The translations under genes were made by a program, and so were the position numbers. This document shows positions 15,979-23,984 of a stretch of DNA of 42,963 nt, one piece after another (positions within the stretch are counted from its first letter, which is position 1; each line of letters begins with the position of its first letter). The notes below the pieces were generated by a model. That model was given only the letters and a program-made list of their open reading frames with translations. It searched no databases and had not been told where the DNA came from. The DNA is from a virus. The stretch lies in the IMG/VR virus record IMGVR_UViG_3300045988_024953. The stretch is one strand, 5' to 3'.

Positions 15979-16075
15979 GGCGGTACGCACTGCCTTCCAG
16001 GATCCGAAAGTTTGCAGAGACTACGAGAAATGGCGCAAAGAACGCGCCAGACGAAAGGAGCTTATACATGAATGA
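15902..16075 (+). CDS. Hypothetical small protein
   Basis: AGGAGG at 15893-15898 precedes the ATG at 15902. The ORF is open from 15854. Confidence 0.4.
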   Translation: MLMMPSVSFTEIPDNTKRTLNASLAEAVRTAFQDPKVCRDYEKWRKERARRKELIHE

Positions 16076-16829
16076 ATATAACAAAAGAGGCAGCCAGCCG
16101 ATCAGATCGGTCGCTACCTCTCAGGACGTTCCGGAGCCCACAACTCAAAGGAAGTCCACAACCATCATAGCACGAAAACGCAGAAAGCGCAATCGAAAAA
16201 GTCACATCAAGCGATTGATCAGCAGATTGAACACCCGCCGGATCGTATTCCTGGTCGCTGGTGCCTGCATGACGGTCGTGATTGTGATCTGTATCGTGAA
16301 GCTGGTCGCAGGACATAGCAACACAGAGACAGAAATAACGACATCCGGAACCGCCTCCGGGTATGACCTCAAGACATACTACTTTGTCTATGAGGACAAC
16401 GATGGCGAACCGGTCTACATAAACATGGACGAGCTGACAAAAGCATGGGCGTCCGAAGCTGGATTTGAGCGTCGCTACGCTCTCACTGACGAGGAACGCT
16501 ACGAGATCGCCCAGGTTGTAACCGCTGAGGCAGACGGCGAGTGCTTCGCCGGAAAGATGGCGATCTGCCAGTGCATACTCCAGGCGGCTGAGGATGACAA
16601 CATCCGCCCGACTGAGGTATTCACAAAATACTCATACAGCAAGCGCAGGCCAGAACCATCCCAGGACGCTCTGGATGCCGTGATGCAGGTATTTGACTTC
16701 GGCACTGTTGTCACAAAGGAGCCGATCAAGTATTTCTACAATCCCGAACTTGTCGAGAGCAAGTTCCACGAGTCTCAGACGTATGTCACAAAGATCGGCG
16801 ACCATGTATTTTTCAGCGAGAGGAAGTGA
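16068..16829 (+). CDS. Membrane-anchored SleB/CwlJ-type cell-wall hydrolase
   Basis: Basic N-terminus, a TM helix (IVFLVAGACMTVVIVICIV), and C-terminal IAQVVTAEADGE...AICQCILQ...FYNP motifs of the Hydrolase_2 family. Confidence 0.7.
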   Translation: MNEYNKRGSQPIRSVATSQDVPEPTTQRKSTTIIARKRRKRNRKSHIKRLISRLNTRRIVFLVAGACMTVVIVICIVKLVAGHSNTETEITTSGTASGYDLKTYYFVYEDNDGEPVYINMDELTKAWASEAGFERRYALTDEERYEIAQVVTAEADGECFAGKMAICQCILQAAEDDNIRPTEVFTKYSYSKRRPEPSQDALDAVMQVFDFGTVVTKEPIKYFYNPELVESKFHESQTYVTKIGDHVFFSERK

Positions 16830-16834
16830 TCAGC

Positions 16835-17662
16835 ATGGCGGCAGCCAACTCAACCAAAACAGCAGCGGGAAAAACTGCGGAGACGCCAAAGGAAACAAAA
16901 CCAGACCGCACCACTCTCACGCTGCAGCAGAAATTCGTGGAGATCCGCAAGGCTATCCCGGCAATACAACAGCAGGCGCACAGCGATGGCGTCAAGTACA
17001 AATTCGCCAAGATCTACGACGTCTACAAACTCATGGCTCCAGCGCTCAATGAGTGGGGCGTGAATTTTGACATCACAGAGGAGACTGCGACCAGACACGC
17101 AGAAAACGGCGACGAAATCTACTACTCCAATTTTGTGCAGCACACAAGGTCTGGTGATCGCGTTGTCTGGATATACGAGGCGGAGCTGACGATCCGGTGG
17201 ACGAACGCAGACAACCCTGACGACTGCATGGATGTCACTCTCCATGCCATAGGAACCAATGACAGCGGACCGGACAAGGCAAAAGGATCCGCCTGGACGT
17301 ACTGCCTCAAATATTACTTTTTTGAGAAGTTCAATATTGACCAGGGCGATGATGATCCGGACAACTACGACCACGCAACAGAGCCTCAGACGGCTCAAAA
17401 CGGCTCCGGAGATAATACTGGAGCAAATAATCGACCAAGCAATCAAAAAGGCAGTCACGGACAGAAACAGAGCTCACAGCGTCTAAGTGAGGCGCAGCTC
17501 AACCGGATGTATCGCAAGGCAGAGGACGCAGGCATGACCAGAGAACAGACTGACGCCAGGATCCTGCAGTGTTACGGATTACAGAACCCGGCAGAACTGA
17601 CGCGGCAGCAGTATGACGGTATATGCGAGCAGCTGGACGCATCTGTCAAAGGCGGCCACTAA
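16835..17662 (+). CDS. ERF-family single-strand annealing recombinase
   Basis: YKFAKIYDVY...KAKGSAWTYCLKYYF pattern typical of ERF. It lies adjacent to SSB. Confidence 0.75.
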   Translation: MAAANSTKTAAGKTAETPKETKPDRTTLTLQQKFVEIRKAIPAIQQQAHSDGVKYKFAKIYDVYKLMAPALNEWGVNFDITEETATRHAENGDEIYYSNFVQHTRSGDRVVWIYEAELTIRWTNADNPDDCMDVTLHAIGTNDSGPDKAKGSAWTYCLKYYFFEKFNIDQGDDDPDNYDHATEPQTAQNGSGDNTGANNRPSNQKGSHGQKQSSQRLSEAQLNRMYRKAEDAGMTREQTDARILQCYGLQNPAELTRQQYDGICEQLDASVKGGH

Positions 17663-17677
17663 AGAAAGGAGCATAAC

Positions 17678-18079
17678 ATGAACGACGTAAAACTTCTCGG
17701 ACGACTCACAGCCGATCCGGAAACCAGATACACAGCAGCAGGCGATCCGGTCTCCCGCTTCTGCCTTGCTGTAAATGCCGGAAAAGATGCAAACGGCAAC
17801 AACACGGCTGAATTTTTCAATATTGTGACATTCAAGAACCAGGCAGAATTTACAACCAAGTACCTCACCAAAGGCAGACAGATCGTGATCAGCGGACGCC
17901 TCCACAACAACAGATGGACCAAGGACGGCCAGAACCACGTCAGCACCGAGGTCATTGCTGACCGCATCTACTTCGCAGACAGCAAACAGACAGACAGCCA
18001 GGGACGCCCACAGCCTGCTCCGGATGATGGCTTTATGCACATTCCGGAAGGAGCTGGCGACGAGCTTCCATTCAACTAA
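17678..18079 (+). CDS. ssb: Single-stranded DNA-binding protein
   Basis: OB-fold N-terminus (LLGRLTADPETRYT...FFNIVTF...) and an acidic C-terminal tip, DELPFN. Confidence 0.9.
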   Translation: MNDVKLLGRLTADPETRYTAAGDPVSRFCLAVNAGKDANGNNTAEFFNIVTFKNQAEFTTKYLTKGRQIVISGRLHNNRWTKDGQNHVSTEVIADRIYFADSKQTDSQGRPQPAPDDGFMHIPEGAGDELPFN

Positions 18080-18099
18080 TAACGAGGAGGTGCACAGAT

Positions 18100-18906
18100 A
18101 TGAGCGAAAAAAAGGCTTTTATGCTCTATCTTGACTACAAGCAGCACCTCGAACTACTGACGGACGCGGAGCGCGGCATGTTGATGATGGCATTATTCGA
18201 CTACGCCGCAGACAAGACGGAGCCCACAACGCTCACTGGATCCGCCGCCATGGCGTTCTCGTTTATCCGGGCGCAAATGGACCGAGACAACCAGAAGTAC
18301 GAGGAAAAATGCATAACAAACCGGGCAAACGGAGCTAAAGGTGGCAGACCAAGGAAAGAACCGACCGAAAGCGACGCAAACCCAAAAGAACCCAAAAAAA
18401 CCGAACGGTTTTCAGAGAAACCCAAAAAACCCGATACAGAAACAGATACAGATACAAATACAGATACAGACACGGATAATAAAACCACACCCCCTACCCC
18501 TAAAGGGGAGAAGCCGCCAAGCGCTCAAGAGAGACGCTTCGACGAGTTCTGGGCTTTATATCCCAAAAAGGTCGGCAAGGCAGCAGCTAAGAAAGCGTGG
18601 AAACGTGCAAAGGTGGACGCAGAACTCCATGAACACATCATCACAGCGTTGAGAGCTGCCATCACATCCGTGCAATGGACGCGAGACAATGGCCGGTTTA
18701 TTCCAAACCCATCCACATGGCTCAACCAGGGACGATGGGATGACGAACTGGAGCAGGCAACACCTGGAAGCAGGCAGTCGACACAACGCTCCGGAAAAGT
18801 AGACACTTTTGGAGTAATGGCTGCAATGTACCAGGAGGAGGTGGATGGAATTGACCAAAGCAGAGACGATCCAGATGGTAGCGCTGATTACTTCGGCATA
18901 TCCTAA
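18100..18906 (+). CDS. Putative replication initiation/organiser protein
   Basis: The FDEFWALYPKKVGKAAAKKAWKRA...IPNPSTWLNQGRWDDE motif is common in phage replication proteins. It has a central low-complexity PK/TD linker. Confidence 0.45.
   Translation: MSEKKAFMLYLDYKQHLELLTDAERGMLMMALFDYAADKTEPTTLTGSAAMAFSFIRAQMDRDNQKYEEKCITNRANGAKGGRPRKEPTESDANPKEPKKTERFSEKPKKPDTETDTDTNTDTDTDNKTTPPTPKGEKPPSAQERRFDEFWALYPKKVGKAAAKKAWKRAKVDAELHEHIITALRAAITSVQWTRDNGRFIPNPSTWLNQGRWDDELEQATPGSRQSTQRSGKVDTFGVMAAMYQEEVDGIDQSRDDPDGSADYFGIS
18433..18480 (+). repeat. Imperfect hexanucleotide (GATACA)n repeat encoding a (D/E/N)-T linker
   Basis: The eight hexamers are gataca gaaaca gataca gataca aataca gataca gacacg gataat. 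Confidence 0.8.
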
Positions 18907-19528
18907 CCACGACCGCTTCAACAGCGAGGAAATGATCAAGGCCATGGTCAATGTATGGGCCAACACCTTCAAGGATGACGATGCCCGCATTGTGAGCATG
19001 GCAGTCGCCAAGCATGTGCAGACAAGCAAATGGCCGCCAAGCATTGCGGAAATTCGCGAAATAATGATGACCATACAGTGCCCGGATCTTATACCGCCAG
19101 ACGAGGCATGGCTCGCAGTGAGCGACGTCATGTATGCCAAGGGAGAGTTCGGAGACGGCAGCAGGTACCTCCCGCCGCTGATCCGCAGAGCGGTCGAGTC
19201 AATCGGCTGGTCTAATCTCTGGCAGATGCACCGCAGCGGGAGCATCGGAAAATCTGCAGGTTATGACCGCGTGGCATTTATGGATATATACAAACCGCTC
19301 TACGAGCGGGAACGCCAGCGGATGCAACTGGCACCGGCAACACGGCAGCGCATTGACGCCGCCACTGCTTCCCTATCCGGGGAGGGGCGCAAGATGCTGG
19401 AAGATGCAAAGCAGGACCGAAAAAAACAAGACGATTTTTTTCGGATGATTGAGTCGGGACTGCAGCATCAGGCACTAACAACAGACAACAGCCCGGAACT
19501 GTTAGAAAGCAAGGAGGAAGTCCAATGA
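18845..19528 (+). CDS. G39P-like replicative-helicase loader
   Basis: N-terminal ALITSAYPN...VNVWANTFKDDD...WPPSIAEI pattern of the loader-and-inhibitor-of-G40P family. It overlaps the upstream gene by 62 nt. Confidence 0.5.
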   Translation: MELTKAETIQMVALITSAYPNHDRFNSEEMIKAMVNVWANTFKDDDARIVSMAVAKHVQTSKWPPSIAEIREIMMTIQCPDLIPPDEAWLAVSDVMYAKGEFGDGSRYLPPLIRRAVESIGWSNLWQMHRSGSIGKSAGYDRVAFMDIYKPLYERERQRMQLAPATRQRIDAATASLSGEGRKMLEDAKQDRKKQDDFFRMIESGLQHQALTTDNSPELLESKEEVQ

Positions 19529-20109
19529 AAAAGACACACGTCAACAGCAATGTCGACCTCAACACTCTGGCAGGCGGAGCCTTCGCTGAAAAGGTCAACG
19601 AGGCACTCGTCCAGGTGGGCGAGAACATCCAGAACCAGAACACAGAGGCGACCAAAAAGAGAAAGATCACCATCACGATGACTTTCGCACCAAACAAGAC
19701 CAGACAGCTGGTAAACACGCAGATCGGCGTCACTACTACTCTTGCCGCAACCGAGGCGGTCGACACCCAGATGGTCATGGGAATGAATATGAGAACCGGC
19801 CAGCTTGAGATCGGTGAGTACGACGGACAGATCCGCGGGCAGATGTCGATCAATGAGATCCTCGAGGAAGGCAAGAAAGCCGGTGAGGAAATCATGGAAA
19901 CCGCAGACAAGATGATCGCCGCACAGCAGGCTACTGGCGACGCAGAGGTCGCAGCTGGCGAGCCGCTCGATTTAAAAAAACGCGGGCAGCAGTCGCCAGA
20001 GGCAGAGACACCTGAGGAAAAGCCGGAACCAGACTTTGATCCGGAAACCGGCGAGATCTTCGAGAATGGCAAAGGCGGCAAAGTGATCGCAATGGCAAAG
20101 CAGGCATAA
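19525..20109 (+). CDS. Conserved phage protein (often annotated as phage-associated replication-terminator-like)
   Basis: The N-terminal LNTLAGGAFAEKVNEAL...KRKITITMTF pattern is recalled from Clostridia phage homologues. Function unproven. Confidence 0.35.
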   Translation: MKKTHVNSNVDLNTLAGGAFAEKVNEALVQVGENIQNQNTEATKKRKITITMTFAPNKTRQLVNTQIGVTTTLAATEAVDTQMVMGMNMRTGQLEIGEYDGQIRGQMSINEILEEGKKAGEEIMETADKMIAAQQATGDAEVAAGEPLDLKKRGQQSPEAETPEEKPEPDFDPETGEIFENGKGGKVIAMAKQA

Positions 20110-20122
20110 GGAGGAAAAGAAC

Positions 20123-20860
20123 ATGATCAAAGAGGCAATCGCTTATATCACAAACCTGGCAGTCCAGGCAGAAAAACCGGAAGTTTTAGAAATCAATGGC
20201 AGAACATACTGCACCAAGAACATGACCAGATACGACAAGGCAGACATGGCGGATCCTATCAAAGCCACCACCCTCACATCCCTGGTCGACTACATCAAGC
20301 AGAGACGTGACGAGCTCCGCGAGCACATGATCATCCAGGTCGTGAGCGCAACAGAGGTCAGAATGTACTCCGGGTTGCTTGACGAGCGCGACCGTGAGGA
20401 GCTTTTTGTGGTCAATGCCCTGCTCCCTCGCTTCGAGTTCGGTCAGCAGTATGACCAGGAGAGCTTCATCGTCTCCCTGCAGTCGTGTTTCCAGAACAAC
20501 GGAGACCGCGAGGCTGTCGCGATGCTTGCCAGCAACATCGTGAACAATCAGCAGCAGGAATACTCTGACGACGGCATCACACAGCAGGCAGTCATCAAGA
20601 CTGGCATCACAACAAAGCAGGCCGCACTCGTGCCGAACCCGGTGCACCTCGTACCGTACCGCACATTCCTGGAGGTTGAACAGCCTGCCAGTGACTTCGT
20701 GTTCCGCATCAGTGAAGGACGCGGAGGCGAGCCGGTGTTCAAGCTGGTGGCAGCAGATGGCGGTCTCTGGAAGGCTGAGGCGGTCGACAACATCAAGAAA
20801 TACCTGGAGGATGCTCTCGACGGTATTGAGAACCGCGAACAAATCACCATCATCGCATAA
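20123..20860 (+). CDS. Hypothetical conserved phage protein
   Basis: 245 aa with a GGAGGA RBS. No confident domain. Confidence 0.55.
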   Translation: MIKEAIAYITNLAVQAEKPEVLEINGRTYCTKNMTRYDKADMADPIKATTLTSLVDYIKQRRDELREHMIIQVVSATEVRMYSGLLDERDREELFVVNALLPRFEFGQQYDQESFIVSLQSCFQNNGDREAVAMLASNIVNNQQQEYSDDGITQQAVIKTGITTKQAALVPNPVHLVPYRTFLEVEQPASDFVFRISEGRGGEPVFKLVAADGGLWKAEAVDNIKKYLEDALDGIENREQITIIA

Positions 20861-20958
20861 TATGATCCCGACATAAATGTCGGAAACATCCGGGAGAGCG
20901 CACTGCTCTCCTGGAATACATACAAGGAGCCCACAATCAACCAAAGGAGGAACAGACC

Positions 20959-22359
20959 ATGACAGAAACAACCAGAACAACCAAAGACACCGCGATAATG
21001 ATCAAGGTGTCGAACCTCTACCCTCACCCAGACAACCCGCGCAAGGATCTCGGAGACCTCACGGAGCTGGTTGAGAGTATCAAGAAAAACGGCATCATGC
21101 AGAACCTAACAGTCATCCCGATCGGCAACGAAAGAGATCCAGAGGAGCAGGCGGACGCCGGAAACATTGCACTATACAGTGACTTCCGTGTTTTGATCGG
21201 ACACAGACGACTGGCAGCAGCCAAAAAGGCAGGGCTTGAGAGTGTTCCGTGCCGCATCGTCAGTAACATCAGCCGAAGCGACCAGATCGGCATCATGCTC
21301 GAGGAAAACATGCAGCGCAATGACCTGAGTATATATGAGCAGGCTCAGAGCTTCCAGATGATGCTCGACCTCGGAGAGACCGAGGAGACAATCTCACAAA
21401 AGACCGGCTTCGGGCGCACTACGATCCGCCACCGTCTGAACATTGCCAAGCTCGACAAGCGCGTCATGCAGAGGATCGACAAGGACGAGAGTTTCCAGCT
21501 CTCATTTAAGGATCTGTACGAACTGGAGAAAATCAAAGACATCAAGAAGCGCAACGAAGTCCTTCGAGACTCAAGAGACTCCAGAGATCTGGCGAGCAGA
21601 GCCATCCAGGCAGCCAAGCAGGAGGCAATGGACGCCGTTGCAAAGAAAGTCATAGAACTGGCAGAAAAGCGAGGCATTAAACTGGCCAGCGACTACGCAA
21701 ACCACCGCTGGGACAATACATACACAACGGTCAAAGACATATCACTCGAAGAAAAAGCTCCGGAACGTCTCAGGATCGGCGATGATGGTGAGCTTTTCTA
21801 CTGCCGTGAATTTAGAACCATAAAGATCCTCAAAAAAACACCCAAAAAGGCAAAAACACCAAGCAAGGCCGAGCTGGAGCAAAAAGATCGTGAGAAAAAG
21901 ATCAAAGAAATCAAAAGGTCAACCAAGGAGATCGTCAGCAAGGTCACAGATTTTGTCAACAATCTGCTCTCTGGAAAAATTGAGCCGCTCAAGGAAACAG
22001 ACGAGCTCCTCCGGACAATCTGGGAGGCGATGCTGGCAACCGGCACATATATCTCAGAGAGTGCCCTCGTCTCTTTTATATCCGGCAAGGAAAAGTACCA
22101 GGTAAGCAAAGAGGAACGAGAGGCAACCATGCAGATTATGAAAAACACGCAGATCAGCCTGCAGATGCTCGCACTTCTGCCCGACTCTCTCAAGGGTATC
22201 GATCTTGTCGACTGGCAAGGTTACTACAACCAGGAAAAAGCCGGAACATTCAAGATGGTGATCCGCGCACTGGTGCCGTATGGCTTCTCTATCACCGAGG
22301 AGGACGAAAAGCAGATACTTGACGGAACCCACGAGCTCTACGCCGTAAAAGAAAAATAA
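20959..22359 (+). CDS. ParB-like nuclease-domain / DNA-binding protein
   Basis: ParB N-terminal motifs: YPHPDNPRK, IGHRRLAAAKKAGLESVPCRIV, and the HTH segment ISQKTGFGRTTIRHRLNIAKL. Confidence 0.8.
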   Translation: MTETTRTTKDTAIMIKVSNLYPHPDNPRKDLGDLTELVESIKKNGIMQNLTVIPIGNERDPEEQADAGNIALYSDFRVLIGHRRLAAAKKAGLESVPCRIVSNISRSDQIGIMLEENMQRNDLSIYEQAQSFQMMLDLGETEETISQKTGFGRTTIRHRLNIAKLDKRVMQRIDKDESFQLSFKDLYELEKIKDIKKRNEVLRDSRDSRDLASRAIQAAKQEAMDAVAKKVIELAEKRGIKLASDYANHRWDNTYTTVKDISLEEKAPERLRIGDDGELFYCREFRTIKILKKTPKKAKTPSKAELEQKDREKKIKEIKRSTKEIVSKVTDFVNNLLSGKIEPLKETDELLRTIWEAMLATGTYISESALVSFISGKEKYQVSKEEREATMQIMKNTQISLQMLALLPDSLKGIDLVDWQGYYNQEKAGTFKMVIRALVPYGFSITEEDEKQILDGTHELYAVKEK

Positions 22360-22390
22360 ACCAGAGCCCACAACTCAAAGGAGGTCAAAC

Positions 22391-22786
22391 ATGAAAAGAG
22401 GACAAATTTACTACATCGAAAGCAATCACCAGGAAATCGGAAGCGAACAGCGCGCCGGTCGCCCTGCGGTGATCGTATCAAATAACAAAAACAACGAAAA
22501 CAGCACAACGGTCGAAGTCGTTTACATGACTACGCAGCCAAAGAACGACCTCCCGACTCATGTGTTCATCAGATCTTCGCTCAGACCGTCCACCGTGCTC
22601 TGCGAACAGATTTACTCAGTAAGCACAGAACGGCTCGGCACCTATATCGGAGAATTGACAGACAGAGAGCTCCAGGAGCTTGACATCGCCCTCTCCATAT
22701 CACTCGGACTTGACTGGATGCAGCCAGAAACCTCGCGGGGGGGGGGTGCCAGCCAGAAGATCTGGAAGCTATGCAGCAGCAGCTGA
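22391..22786 (+). CDS. MazF/PemK/EndoA-family endoribonuclease toxin (C-terminus determined by a G10 tract)
   Basis: KRGQIYY...GSEQRAGRPAVIVSNN...PTHVFI...VLCEQI...LDIALSISLGL aligns along its length with the Bacillus EndoA pattern. Confidence 0.85.
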   Translation: MKRGQIYYIESNHQEIGSEQRAGRPAVIVSNNKNNENSTTVEVVYMTTQPKNDLPTHVFIRSSLRPSTVLCEQIYSVSTERLGTYIGELTDRELQELDIALSISLGLDWMQPETSRGGGASQKIWKLCSSS

Positions 22787-22899
22787 CCGAAACAGAGGCA
22801 AAACTGGCAGCAGTAACCGCCGAACTTGCCGAACTGAAAAACCAGCCGGATTACAAGCTCTTGTACGACCAGCTGATCGAGAAGCTGCTTGACAGATAG
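22714..22899 (+). other. Open -1 frame downstream of the G10 tract, encoding a coiled-coil segment (alternative toxin C-terminus or separate 42-aa ORF from the ATG at 22771)
   Basis: My own translation: ...QPEDLEAMQQQLTETEAKLAAVTAELAELKNQPDYKLLYDQLIEKLLDR, stopping at 22897-22899. Confidence 0.5.
22737..22746 (+). repeat. Homopolymeric G10 tract
   Basis: Counted directly: four G at 22737-22740 and six at 22741-22746. Confidence 0.95.
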
Positions 22900-22911
22900 G
22901 AGGTGCCAGAC

Positions 22912-23169
22912 ATGAAAAATTCACTCCAGGACCTCAACAACTATCTTTTTGAGAGTTTGGAACGTATCAACGACGACGATCTCACAGACGAGGAGCTCGA
23001 GAAAGAAATCAAAAGATCCGAAGCCGTGACGAAAGTCGCAAGCACTATCATCAACAACGCCGAGGTGCAGCTCAAGGCTCTGCAGTACGCTGACGAGTAT
23101 GGATACAACAACAGCGGCAAGCACCTGGTCGGTTCGATGGTACCGGAGCTGGAGGTGTCTGATAAATGA
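22912..23169 (+). CDS. Hypothetical protein
   Basis: AGGAGG at 22898-22903 with the ATG at 22912. Acidic and helical. Confidence 0.55.
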   Translation: MKNSLQDLNNYLFESLERINDDDLTDEELEKEIKRSEAVTKVASTIINNAEVQLKALQYADEYGYNNSGKHLVGSMVPELEVSDK

Positions 23170-23984
23170 GAAAACCATGGCCTCAGGAAGTCAACGACTG
23201 GCTCGCCGAGAATGTACCAGGAAGAACAACCCGAGAAATCACTGAGTTGATCAACTGCCAGGGCTTCGATAAGCGCTACGGCATGACATTCACGGAGAAT
23301 ATGGTCAAAGGAGCAAAGAACCGACTCCATATTAAAAGCGGGACACCTGGAGGACTGCCGAAAGGCAGCTCTCTCCTCTACCCGGAAGGTATGGAGGCTT
23401 ATGTGCGAAGTATTGCAGCAGGAAGAAAGACGGACGAGATCGCCAGGATGGTCTCCGAGCACTTCGGGATCGAGTTCACTGCCAGACAATGCCGGGCATA
23501 CAAGAAAAACCATGGCATCCAGAGCGGCGTCGATTGCCGATTTGTAAAAGGTCAGGAGCCACCGAACAAAGGCAAGCCCATGACGCCGGAACAATATGAG
23601 AAAGCCCGACCGACAATGTTCAAAAAGGGAAACATCCCAGCCAATCACATGAATGTCGGCGACATTTCCAGAACAACGGACGGCTACCTGATCAAAAAGG
23701 TGCAGGAAGATGGAATACAGCGCGAGCGCTGGGCTTTTCTGCATCGACTTGTCTGGGAAGAACACAACGGACCAATCCCCGAGGGGAAAATGGTCTCTTT
23801 CCTGGATGGAAACAAAGACAACTGCGACATCAACAATCTTGTACTGGTTGACAATGAGATCAATCTGGAACTCAACCGGAGCGATCTGAGGAGCGAACAC
23901 GCAGAGATCACAGAGGTCGGCGTTGCTATTGCCGCCCTAAAGGTTGCAACCAGAAGCAGGAAGAAACGGAGGAAACAAGCATGA
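23166..23984 (+). CDS. HNH-family (HNH_3-like) DNA-binding/endonuclease protein with duplicated N-terminal HTH modules
   Basis: C-terminal FLHRLVWEEHNGPIPEGKMVSFLDGNKDNCDINNLVLV pattern. The usual HH before DGN is replaced by FL. Confidence 0.6.
   Translation: MRKPWPQEVNDWLAENVPGRTTREITELINCQGFDKRYGMTFTENMVKGAKNRLHIKSGTPGGLPKGSSLLYPEGMEAYVRSIAAGRKTDEIARMVSEHFGIEFTARQCRAYKKNHGIQSGVDCRFVKGQEPPNKGKPMTPEQYEKARPTMFKKGNIPANHMNVGDISRTTDGYLIKKVQEDGIQRERWAFLHRLVWEEHNGPIPEGKMVSFLDGNKDNCDINNLVLVDNEINLELNRSDLRSEHAEITEVGVAIAALKVATRSRKKRRKQA

Noticed and set aside
16850-23900. Long minus-strand ORFs (16850-17458, 18556-19245, 19278-20081, 20186-20980, 22941-23900)
   Set aside because: Each lies antisense to a + strand gene with recognisable domains and RBSs (ERF, loader, ParB, HNH and others). 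The translations are Cys/Ser/Arg-rich with no motifs, typical of shadow ORFs in moderately GC-rich DNA.
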